The notes beneath the pieces were generated by a model that saw nothing but the letters and a program-made list of their open reading frames with translations, was not told where the DNA came from and did no database searches. A program made the translations under genes and the position numbers. A DNA stretch of 64,000 nt from positions 13,929 to 77,928 of the forward strand of contig JAILLI010000068.1 of assembly GCA_024693225.1 (NCBI GenBank), written 5' to 3'. The DNA is from Lachnospiraceae bacterium (GTDB taxonomy: Bacteria; Bacillota; Clostridia; Lachnospirales; Lachnospiraceae). Positions 55,927 to 64,000 of this stretch are shown here, in pieces; position 1 is the first letter of the stretch, and each line of letters begins with the position of its first letter.

Positions 55927-57207
55927 TTATACTGCCGCAAATCCTTTTTCAAGATCCGCGATGATATCGTCTATATGTTCCGTTCCTATGGAAAGCCGGA
56001 TGGTGTTGGCATTGATACCCTGATCCGCCAGTTCTTCCTTTGTCAGCTGTGAATGTGTCGTTGATGCCGGATGGATCACAAGGCTCTTGACATCCGCCAC
56101 ATTTGCCAGCAGTGAGAATATCTCCAGGGCATCGATGAACTTCCATGCTTCCTCCTGACCACCCTTTACATCAAAGGTAAAGATGGAACCGCCTCCGTTG
56201 GGGAAGTACCTGGTGTAGAGTTCATGATCGGGATGATCCGCAAGTGAGGGATGGTTGACCTTTTCCACCTTGGGATGTTTGTTCAAGAATTCAACCACCT
56301 TCTTTGTGTTCTCCACATGCCTCTCAAGACGGAGAGAAAGTGTCTCAACTCCCTGCAGGAGAAGGAAGGCATTGAAGGGGGATATGGTCGCACCCGTATC
56401 ACGAAGGAGTATGGCCCGGATATAGGTCACGAAAGCTGCAGGGCCTACCACATCATAAAACGATACGCCGTGATAGCTGGGATTGGGCTCGGCTATGTTG
56501 GGATATTTCCCGCTTGCTTTATAATCAAACTTACCTGACTCGACTATTATGCCACCCAATGTGGTACCGTGTCCACCGATGAATTTTGTTGCCGAATGTA
56601 CGACTATATCGGCGCCATGCTCTATGGGACGGATCAGGAAAGGTGTTCCGAAGGTGTTGTCCACTACAACGGGAAGTCCGTGCTTATGGGCTATGGCTGA
56701 AACGGCATCGATATCGGGGATATCACTGTTGGGATTGCCAAGAGTCTCCAGATAGACCGCCCTGGTATCATCCTTTATGGCCGCCTCTACCTCCTCGAGG
56801 TTATGTATATCGACAAAAGTCGTATCGATACCATACAGGGGAAGTGTGTGTGCCAGGAGGTTGTATGATCCTCCGTAGATGGTCTTCTGGGCAACTATGT
56901 GGCCGCCGCCCGAAGCTAATGCTTCAATGGTATAGGTTATAGCTGCCGCACCCGATGCAAGGGCAAGCGCTGCGCTTCCGCCCTCAAGAGCTGCCAGTCT
57001 CTTTTCCAGAACATCCTGGGTTGAATTGGTAAGCCTTCCGTAGATGTTTCCCGCATCCGCAAGACCGAAGCGGTCTGCCGCATGCCTGCTGTTCTTAAAC
57101 ACATAGGATGTTGTCTGATAGATGGGGACCGCACGTGCATCAGATGCGGGATCGGCCTCCTCCTGGCCTACGTGTAACTGCAGTGTCTCAAATCTGTACT
57201 TACTCAT
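55927..57207 (-). CDS. metY: O-acetylhomoserine aminocarboxypropyltransferase (sulfhydrylase)
   Basis: The blocks [19 protein letters not shown] and [11 protein letters not shown] (PLP lysine) are present. The protein is 426 aa. Confidence 0.85.
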   Translation of the reverse strand: MSKYRFETLQLHVGQEEADPASDARAVPIYQTTSYVFKNSRHAADRFGLADAGNIYGRLTNSTQDVLEKRLAALEGGSAALALASGAAAITYTIEALASGGGHIVAQKTIYGGSYNLLAHTLPLYGIDTTFVDIHNLEEVEAAIKDDTRAVYLETLGNPNSDIPDIDAVSAIAHKHGLPVVVDNTFGTPFLIRPIEHGADIVVHSATKFIGGHGTTLGGIIVESGKFDYKASGKYPNIAEPNPSYHGVSFYDVVGPAAFVTYIRAILLRDTGATISPFNAFLLLQGVETLSLRLERHVENTKKVVEFLNKHPKVEKVNHPSLADHPDHELYTRYFPNGGGSIFTFDVKGGQEEAWKFIDALEIFSLLANVADVKSLVIHPASTTHSQLTKEELADQGINANTIRLSIGTEHIDDIIADLEKGFAAV

Positions 57208-57285
57208 AATATAGCCTCCTCTCTTATTGACGTTTGGCCCTTTTGGTTCCGGCTTGTCAAGGGCCCCAGTTTCCTGTTGAAAAAG

Positions 57286-57314
57286 ACTATAACTCTATTT
57301 CCCTAGTATGTCAA
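57286..57314 (-). promoter_or_regulatory. Putative sigma-A promoter for metY-cysK
   Basis: On the minus strand, TTGACA (57314-57309) is followed by a 17-nt spacer and TATAGT (57291-57286). Confidence 0.5.
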
Positions 57315-57342
57315 TAGGTTTTATTCCTTTTTTTGATCTTTT

Positions 57343-57376
57343 TATAAAATAGGGCCCCGGGATCATCCCGGAACCC
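57343..57376 (-). terminator. Terminator-like hairpin after gltD
   Basis: The hairpin is GGGUUCCGGG-AUGAU-CCCGGGGCCC, a 5+3 bp stem with an internal loop, followed by UAUUUUAUAAAAA. Confidence 0.45.
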
Positions 57377-57431
57377 TTGTGTTTCCTGTGTTTTATAGTG
57401 AATGCAATTATTTATTGCGTTTACGATAAGC

Positions 57432-58943
57432 TCAGACCGTCAGGTTGGTATAGCCCATGAGGGATTTGTCCACAGCCGCAGCCGCTGCCCTTCCTTCGGC
57501 TATGGCCCAGACCACCAGTGACTGGCCCCTGTGAACATCTCCCGCCGTAAAGACATTCCCGCGGCTGGTTTCGTAATCGGCCGGCGCCGTATCGACATTC
57601 CCTCTGGGGCTGACCTTTATGCCGAAAGCATCGGTGACATATTCCTCACTGCCAAGGAAGCCTGCCGCTATCAGGACATAGTCTGCGTCCATCTTATCTT
57701 CCGACCCCTTGACATGTTCAAAGCTCACCCTGCCGTCTTTGCCTGCTTTTCGCTCAAGCTTTACCGTCTTAAGCCCGGTCAGGTTTCCATCTTTATCCTT
57801 TATGAACTGGGTGACCGTTGTGGAAAAGATCCTGGGATCCTGCCCGAAGCAGCTGATGGCCTCCTCCTGGCCGTAATCGGTCTTAAGGACCTTGGGCCAC
57901 TCCGGCCAGGGATTGGATGCAGCCCTTTCTTTGGGGGCAGGCGGCATCATCTCTATCTGGACAACAGATGCAGCACCAAGTCTGATGGCGGTTCCCACGC
58001 AGTCATTTCCCGTATCTCCTCCGCCTATGACAACGACCTTTTTACCTTTCATGGAACCGAAGCTGTAGTCCTGTGTCCCCATGACCTTCTTATAGTCATA
58101 ACCACTGTCCATGATCTTTTGGGATACTTCCCGAAGGAAGGGAACGGCGAACATTATATTCTTTGCATCCCTTCCGGGTACATCTATGTCCCTTGGCTTT
58201 GAAGCACCGCAGCAGATGACGACCCGGTCGTATGCGGCACACAGCTCATCCGCCGATAAGTCAATTCCGACATTGACATTGCACTTAAAACTGATCCCGG
58301 CCTCTTCCATGACCTTTATCCGCCTGTCAACTATCCTCTTGTCAAGCTTCATGTTGGGTATACCGTAGCGAAGGAGGCCCCCCGGCCGGTCAAAGCGTTC
58401 ATATACCGTGACCTCATGTCCTCTTTTATTAAGGAGCTGTGCACATGCAAGTCCCGATGGTCCGCTTCCTATGACGGCAACCTTCTTTCCGGACCTGACC
58501 TTGGGACCCGAACTGTCAACAAGACCGTGCTCAAAGGCATATTCGATGATATCCTTTTCATTGTCCCTTGTCGTTACCGGAGATGAGACGTGGCCGCAGG
58601 TACAGGCCGCTTCACAAAGGGCAGGGCAGACCCTTCCCGTAAATTCGGGAAAGCTGTGGGTCTTTTCCAGCCTTCTGTATGCCATTTCATAGTTTCCCCT
58701 GTAAAGTAGCTCATTGGTCTCGGGGACCAGGTTATGAAGAGGACATCCCGATGCCATGCCGCTTATCATAACGCCCGCCTGACAGAAAGGCACTCCGCAG
58801 GCCATGCATCTTGCCGCCTGCTGCTGCCGCTCCTTTGCCGAAAGGCCGATGTGGAACTCGTCAAAGTTCTTTATCCTCTCTTTCGGCCCTATATCCTTAA
58901 GGTCACATCTTTCATATTCGATAAAGCCTGTTGGTTTTCCCAT
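57432..58943 (-). CDS. gltD: Glutamate synthase (NADPH) small subunit
   Basis: The N-terminal Fe-S Cys clusters are CMACGVPFC and CPALCEAAC. The dinucleotide motifs are VAVIGSGPSGLA and VVVIGGGDTGND. Confidence 0.9.
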   Translation of the reverse strand: MGKPTGFIEYERCDLKDIGPKERIKNFDEFHIGLSAKERQQQAARCMACGVPFCQAGVMISGMASGCPLHNLVPETNELLYRGNYEMAYRRLEKTHSFPEFTGRVCPALCEAACTCGHVSSPVTTRDNEKDIIEYAFEHGLVDSSGPKVRSGKKVAVIGSGPSGLACAQLLNKRGHEVTVYERFDRPGGLLRYGIPNMKLDKRIVDRRIKVMEEAGISFKCNVNVGIDLSADELCAAYDRVVICCGASKPRDIDVPGRDAKNIMFAVPFLREVSQKIMDSGYDYKKVMGTQDYSFGSMKGKKVVVIGGGDTGNDCVGTAIRLGAASVVQIEMMPPAPKERAASNPWPEWPKVLKTDYGQEEAISCFGQDPRIFSTTVTQFIKDKDGNLTGLKTVKLERKAGKDGRVSFEHVKGSEDKMDADYVLIAAGFLGSEEYVTDAFGIKVSPRGNVDTAPADYETSRGNVFTAGDVHRGQSLVVWAIAEGRAAAAAVDKSLMGYTNLTV

Positions 58944-58955
58944 GACATCACCCCC

Positions 58956-61900
58956 TCACTGTGCTTTCCCGGTCTCTTTTGCTTCCGAGATCACCCTCTT
59001 GTATTCTTCGGGGATGATCTTCTTGAACCTGCCTATATAGTCCTCGAAAGAAGCAAGGATCGTCTCGGCCTTCTTTGAACCTGTAAGCTCATGGTGCTTT
59101 CGGATCATGGCAAGGATCTCCTCCTTATCCTCATCCCCGGTAATGCTTTCCATGAGTACCAGTTCCTTGTTGAGATTGCGGTAGAGCGTGGACTTCTCAT
59201 CGAGCACATATGCTATACCGCCGCTCATACCGGCCGCAAAATTCTTACCGACAGGTCCTAGGATCACTGCTATCCCACCGGTCATATATTCGCATCCGTG
59301 CTCGCCCACTCCTTCGACTACAGCCTTTGCTCCCGAGTTCCTGACACAGAACCTCTCTCCGGCCATTCCGGCTATATATGCTTCTCCGCCTGTTGCACCG
59401 TAAAGGGCCACATTTCCTATGATGATATTGTTCTCGGCATCATATGCCGCATCTTTTGGAGCCTTTATGATCAGCTTTCCGCCCGAAAGGCCCTTGCCGA
59501 AGTAATCGTTGGCATCCCCTGTAAGGATGATGGTCTCGCCCTTTGGCATAAAGGCACCGAAGCTCTGACCGCCGGCACCCCGGCATTTTATCATCACGGC
59601 ATCATCCCTTAAGCCCTTATGATGGTATCCGGTTATACAGGATCCGATCATGGTCCCAAAGGCCCTGTCTGTATTTGTGACAAGGCATGAAACATCAACG
59701 GCCGCACCTGTTTCTATGGACTTTTGGATCCCCTTTGTCCCGGTCAGTATCTTCGCATCCTTGCGCCTGTCAAGACCGAAATCAAATTCCCTCTTTTTAT
59801 CGTAGGTGGCCCCTATGGGCATGCTCTCGCATATCATCCTGGAAAGATCCAGCTTGTCCGCATGTCCGCTAAGGCCTTCTTTTACCTTCAGCAGATCGTA
59901 TCTGCCGACCAGCTCGTCCACAGACCTTACTCCCAGTTTAGCCATGTATTCACGCAGCTGTCTGGCAATAAAGAACATGAAGTTCTCAACATATTCGCTC
60001 TTACCGGCAAAGTTTTTTCTAAGCTCCGGGTTCTGGGTCGCTATCCCCATGGGGCAGGTGTCGAGATTGCATACCCGCATCATGACACAGCCCAGTGCCA
60101 CAAGGGGCGCTGTCGCAAATCCGAATTCCTCCGCTCCGAGTATCGCGGCTATGGCAACATCCTTTCCGCTCATGAGCTTGCCGTCGGTCTCGACCACAAC
60201 GCTGTCCCTCAGTCCATTCATCATAAGGGTCTGATGGGTTTCCGCAAGACCCAGCTCCCAGGGCAGTCCGGCATTGTGTATGGAGCTTATGGGGGCTGCT
60301 CCCGTACCTCCGTCATAGCCGGAGATGAGCACCACCTGGGCTCCCGCCTTTGCAACACCTGCCGCAATGGTCCCGACCCCCGCTTCCGACACCAGCTTTA
60401 CCGATATCCTGGCCTTTTTGTTGGCGCACTTGAGATCATATATGAGCTGGGCCAGATCCTCTATCGAATAGATGTCATGATGGGGCGGCGGAGATATAAG
60501 GGATACACCGGGTGTGGAATGCCTGGTCTTTGCTATCCAGGGATAGACTTTTTTGCCCGGCAGATGACCGCCTTCTCCGGGCTTTGCCCCCTGGGCCATC
60601 TTGATCTGTATCTCCTTTGCGCTCATAAGGTAACGGCTGGTCACACCGAACCTTCCGGATGCCACCTGCTTTATGGCAGAGCTGATATCGTGATCCGTTC
60701 CCGCGCTCTCAAGGCGCTCGTCACTTTCTCCCCCTTCTCCGCTGTTGGATTTTCCATGAATATGGTTCATGGCCCGGGCCAGGGCTGTATGGGCTTCCTC
60801 GGATATGGATCCGTAGGACATGGCTCCGGTCTTGAACCTGCGTACTATATCTTTCTCACTCTCCACCTCGGACAGATCAAGGGGTTCATCGGCATACTTA
60901 AGGTCCAGAAGGCTTCTGATATAGCCTGTTTCCTCCCTGTCGATCATATCCGTATAGAGTCTGAACTTTTCATAAGAGTTTTCACGGGTGGCACTCTGCA
61001 GCATGTGGATGGTCTGCGGATTGTACCTGTGGACCTCACCTCCGCTTCTCATCTTGTGGAAGCCCACCGAATCTATGCCCATATCCGCATCAAGTCCCAG
61101 AGGATCGAAGGCTCTTGAATGCTGGCGGTCTGTTGCAGCCGCTATATCATCCATATCTATGCCTCCGATACGGGATATGGTTCCCGCAAAATACTTATCT
61201 ATCACCGAGGAAGCTATGCCCACAGCCTCAAATATACGGCTGCCCTGATAAGACTGTATCGTTGATATACCCATCTTGGAGGCTATCTTTACTATGCCGT
61301 CGAGCACCGCCCTGTCATAGTCCGATACCGCAGCATAATAATCCTTGCCGAGGATCCCGTCATCGATCAGCTCCCTGATGGTCGCATGGGCAAGATAAGG
61401 GTTTACCGCACAGGCTCCGAAGCCGAGCAGGGTGGCAAAATGATGCACGTCCCTGGGCTCTCCGGTCTCAAGTATCAGGGACATGGCCATACATTTTTTT
61501 GTAGAAACAAGATAATTGTGTACGGCTGACACACACAAAAGCGACGGTATAGCTACATGGTTTTCATCCACTCCCCGGTCGGAAAGGATCAGTATCGCAG
61601 CCCCCTTCCTGTATGCCCTGTCAACCTCCACAAAGAGGTTTGACAAAGCCCGGTCAAGTGGCGTCCCCTTGTAATAGAGGGTGGATACAGTTGCAACTTC
61701 TATCCCGTGGCTTTTAAGATGTTTTATCTTCATAAGATCAAGGTCAGACAGGATGGGATTGTTGATCCGAAGGACATTGCAGTTGGACGCCTTATCGGAC
61801 AGGAGGTCACCGTTCTTTCCAGCATAGACGCATGTGGCCGTGACTATCCTCTCCCTTACCGCATCTATGGGCGGGTTGGTCACCTGGGCAAAGAGCTGTT

Positions 61901-63422
61901 TAAAATAGTCAAAGAGGGGCCTGTACTGTTTTGACAGGACAGCAAGGGGAATATCGGTACCCATTGACCCTATCTGCTCGGAACCATTAAGGGCCATCGA
62001 ATATATCCTCTCCCGGCACTCTTCGTATGTGTAACCGAAAGCCCTCTGAAGCCTTTCAAGGCTCTCTTCTTTTATGGCAGGCACGGTCTCGTTGGGGACC
62101 TTGAGCCCGGACAGCCTGACCAGATTGGCATCAAGCCACTCCCCGTATGGTTCGCGCTTTGCATACCGGTCCTTGATCATCCTGTCGGTATAGAGTTTCT
62201 TTTCTTTTGTATCCGCTACAAGTATCTTTCCCGGATACAGGCAGCCTTTTTCCTTTATCTTTGACTCATCCAGATCCAGCACACCTGCCTCGGATGAAAG
62301 GATCAGCCTTCCGTCATCCATGACACAGTAGCGTGACGGGCGAAGGCCGTTACGGTCCAGTATGGCCGCCAGGATATCCCCGTCCGACAGCATGATGGAT
62401 GCGGGTCCGTCCCAGGGTTCCATCATGGTTGCGTAGTACTGATAGAAGTCCCTCTCCTCGACCGATAGGGTATCATTGTTCTCCCAGGGTTCGGGGATCA
62501 TTATCATGGCCGCAAGAGCCGGATCCATGCCGCCCATGATCATGAACTCCAGGGCATTGTCAAGCATTGCGGAATCGGATCCCGACCCGTCGATCACAGG
62601 CAGGACCTTTCCAAGCTCCTCATCGGTAAAACTGCTTTCCTGTATGGTCTCCTCCCTTGCGATCATCTTGTCCGCGTTCCCGCGTATGGTGTTGATCTCG
62701 CCGTTATGGACTATATACCTGTTGGGATGTGCCCTTCTCCAGCTGGGCTGGGTGTTGGTCGAAAATCTCGAATGGACTATGGCAAGAGCCGATTCGTAAT
62801 CGGGATCCCGAAGGTCGGCGAAAAAGGTCCGAAGCTGTCCCACAAGGAACATCCCCTTGTATACTATGGTCCTGCATGAAAGGGATACCACATATGTATC
62901 TTCGTTCGAATGCTCGAATACCCGCCTTATGATATAGAGCCTTCTGTCAAAATCCCGGTCGGTCTTTATGTCTTCGGGACGCTTTAAAAAGCACTGGTAT
63001 ATTGCCGGGCACGCATCTTTTGCCCTCTGTCCCAGCACATCGCGGTCTGCGGGAACGCATCTCCATCCGAGAAACTTAACCCCCTCCTTTGCGGATATCA
63101 TCTCGAACATCTTCATGGCCTGCATCCTTGCAAGCTCTTTTGCGGGGAAAAAGAAGGTCCCTACGGCATACTGCCTTCTTTCACCAAGGCTTATCCCCAG
63201 GCCCTGCGCAGCTTTTTTCATGAGCTTATGGGGGATCTGGGTCAGTATCCCGACCCCGTCCCCGGTCATGCCTTCGGCATCCTTTCCCGCACGGTGCTCT
63301 AAGTTTTCCACTATGGAAAGGGCATCATCCACTATGTCATGGCTTGCCGTACCATTTATGTTTATTATGGAGCCTACTCCGCAATTATCGTGTTCAAATT
63401 CTTTCTCATACAAAGTCTTCAT
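58956..63422 (-). CDS. gltB: Glutamate synthase large subunit
   Basis: The propeptide [13 protein letters not shown] is followed by the Ntn nucleophile in CGVGSI. FMN, Fe-S and GXGXG domains are present. The ATG is at 63422-63420. The ORF track begins one codon earlier, at GTG 63425. Confidence 0.95.
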   Translation of the reverse strand: MKTLYEKEFEHDNCGVGSIININGTASHDIVDDALSIVENLEHRAGKDAEGMTGDGVGILTQIPHKLMKKAAQGLGISLGERRQYAVGTFFFPAKELARMQAMKMFEMISAKEGVKFLGWRCVPADRDVLGQRAKDACPAIYQCFLKRPEDIKTDRDFDRRLYIIRRVFEHSNEDTYVVSLSCRTIVYKGMFLVGQLRTFFADLRDPDYESALAIVHSRFSTNTQPSWRRAHPNRYIVHNGEINTIRGNADKMIAREETIQESSFTDEELGKVLPVIDGSGSDSAMLDNALEFMIMGGMDPALAAMIMIPEPWENNDTLSVEERDFYQYYATMMEPWDGPASIMLSDGDILAAILDRNGLRPSRYCVMDDGRLILSSEAGVLDLDESKIKEKGCLYPGKILVADTKEKKLYTDRMIKDRYAKREPYGEWLDANLVRLSGLKVPNETVPAIKEESLERLQRAFGYTYEECRERIYSMALNGSEQIGSMGTDIPLAVLSKQYRPLFDYFKQLFAQVTNPPIDAVRERIVTATCVYAGKNGDLLSDKASNCNVLRINNPILSDLDLMKIKHLKSHGIEVATVSTLYYKGTPLDRALSNLFVEVDRAYRKGAAILILSDRGVDENHVAIPSLLCVSAVHNYLVSTKKCMAMSLILETGEPRDVHHFATLLGFGACAVNPYLAHATIRELIDDGILGKDYYAAVSDYDRAVLDGIVKIASKMGISTIQSYQGSRIFEAVGIASSVIDKYFAGTISRIGGIDMDDIAAATDRQHSRAFDPLGLDADMGIDSVGFHKMRSGGEVHRYNPQTIHMLQSATRENSYEKFRLYTDMIDREETGYIRSLLDLKYADEPLDLSEVESEKDIVRRFKTGAMSYGSISEEAHTALARAMNHIHGKSNSGEGGESDERLESAGTDHDISSAIKQVASGRFGVTSRYLMSAKEIQIKMAQGAKPGEGGHLPGKKVYPWIAKTRHSTPGVSLISPPPHHDIYSIEDLAQLIYDLKCANKKARISVKLVSEAGVGTIAAGVAKAGAQVVLISGYDGGTGAAPISSIHNAGLPWELGLAETHQTLMMNGLRDSVVVETDGKLMSGKDVAIAAILGAEEFGFATAPLVALGCVMMRVCNLDTCPMGIATQNPELRKNFAGKSEYVENFMFFIARQLREYMAKLGVRSVDELVGRYDLLKVKEGLSGHADKLDLSRMICESMPIGATYDKKREFDFGLDRRKDAKILTGTKGIQKSIETGAAVDVSCLVTNTDRAFGTMIGSCITGYHHKGLRDDAVMIKCRGAGGQSFGAFMPKGETIILTGDANDYFGKGLSGGKLIIKAPKDAAYDAENNIIIGNVALYGATGGEAYIAGMAGERFCVRNSGAKAVVEGVGEHGCEYMTGGIAVILGPVGKNFAAGMSGGIAYVLDEKSTLYRNLNKELVLMESITGDEDKEEILAMIRKHHELTGSKKAETILASFEDYIGRFKKIIPEEYKRVISEAKETGKAQ

Positions 63423-64000
63423 CACATGTCACCCCTTTCATCTTCCCGATACTGTCCGCTTCTTTTAAGCGCCGCCTTGATCAGCCCCGCAAAGAGGGGA
63501 TGCGGCTGATCCGGTCTTGACTTGAATTCCGGATGGGCCTGGGTCGCAACAAAATAAGGATGGTCGGAAAGCTCGATCATCTCCACTATATGACCGTCGG
63601 GTGAGAGGCCCGACAGGACCATCCCCTTTCGGGCAAGTATATCCCTGTAATCGTTATTGACCTCATACCTGTGGCGGTGTCTTTCCATTATCCGGTCCGT
63701 CTGATAGAGTTCAAAAGCCTTAGTACCCTTTTTTATGACACAGGGATATGCCCCCAGCCGCAGCGTCCCGCCTATATCCGTAAGGCCCTCCTTGTCGGGC
63801 ATTATATGTATCACGGGATCGGGCGTATCAGGGTCAAATTCAGCTGATGCGGCTTCCTTCAGTCCGCACACGTTCCTGGCAAACTCGATTATGGCAACCT
63901 GCATCCCCAGACATATGCCAAGGTAAGGAAGTCCTGCGCGCCTTGCATATCCTGCGGCCGCGATCTTGCCTTCCGTTCCCCGTCCTCCGAAGCCTCCCGG
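63422..64000 (-). CDS. pyrG: CTP synthase, C-terminal glutamine amidotransferase part (partial, continues beyond the window)
   Basis: The frame is open to base 64000. [34 protein letters not shown] contains the catalytic Cys, and HRHRYEVN the His. The stop TGA is at 63424-63422. Confidence 0.9.
   Translation of the reverse strand, partial: PGGFGGRGTEGKIAAAGYARRAGLPYLGICLGMQVAIIEFARNVCGLKEAASAEFDPDTPDPVIHIMPDKEGLTDIGGTLRLGAYPCVIKKGTKAFELYQTDRIMERHRHRYEVNNDYRDILARKGMVLSGLSPDGHIVEMIELSDHPYFVATQAHPEFKSRPDQPHPLFAGLIKAALKRSGQYREDERGDM

Noticed and set aside
57208-57285. An S-box (SAM-I) riboswitch or T-box leader upstream of metY.
   Set aside because: The leader downstream of the predicted promoter is only about 80 nt. 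It lacks the four-helix S-box core and any T-box/specifier features. Only a small GGCCC...GGGCC hairpin is visible.

Overview
This is a 64-kb chromosomal segment from a Firmicutes/Clostridia-type genome. It looks Lachnospiraceae-like by gene content, but the taxon cannot be proven from this window. I support about 57 protein genes and one tRNA, nearly all on the minus strand and tightly packed.

Most of the window is housekeeping:
- a SufC-like ATPase and tRNA-Glu
- folE, nudC and citrate synthase
- a complete F-type ATP synthase operon (a-c-b-[delta'-alpha fusion]-gamma-beta-epsilon)
- purB, purC, glmS, dapL
- glnA plus an ANTAR regulator
- purA, metY-cysK, and pyrG-gltB-gltD

Also present are three GGDEF-type c-di-GMP proteins and several lipid-related genes: two DagK-like kinases, a patatin, DegV and an acyltransferase.

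The stand-out accessory block lies between glnA and purA at about 25.9-34.9 kb, on the minus strand. It is one tightly spaced gene string, in this order:
1. a secreted repeat protein
2. a 74-aa stub resembling only the N-terminus of an NHLM/NHLP-type HlyD secretion protein
3. a C39-peptidase ABC exporter
4. a second ABC exporter
5. a STAS protein
6. a multi-pass membrane HAMP-PP2C sensor phosphatase
7. two small genes whose products share a canonical double-glycine leader

One of those small genes (48 aa) is below the ORF-track cutoff, and I found it by hand translation. The block has no kinase, sigma factor, histidine kinase or modification enzyme. I am not aware that coupling of a peptide exporter and its cargo to a STAS/PP2C partner-switch module has been described. 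This is my main candidate for a new system.

Secondary oddities:
- a truncated delta (OSCP C-terminal domain) fused in frame to the ATP synthase alpha subunit, with no separate atpH
- a c-subunit with a signal-peptide-like N-terminal extension
- an orphan pilin-like gene after atpC
- a Nudix-PgeF fusion
- a secreted C69-like protein whose expected nucleophile Cys is Gly
- a repeat-rich glnA upstream region with a leader terminator

I saw no transposase, integrase, prophage genes, CRISPR array or rRNA.
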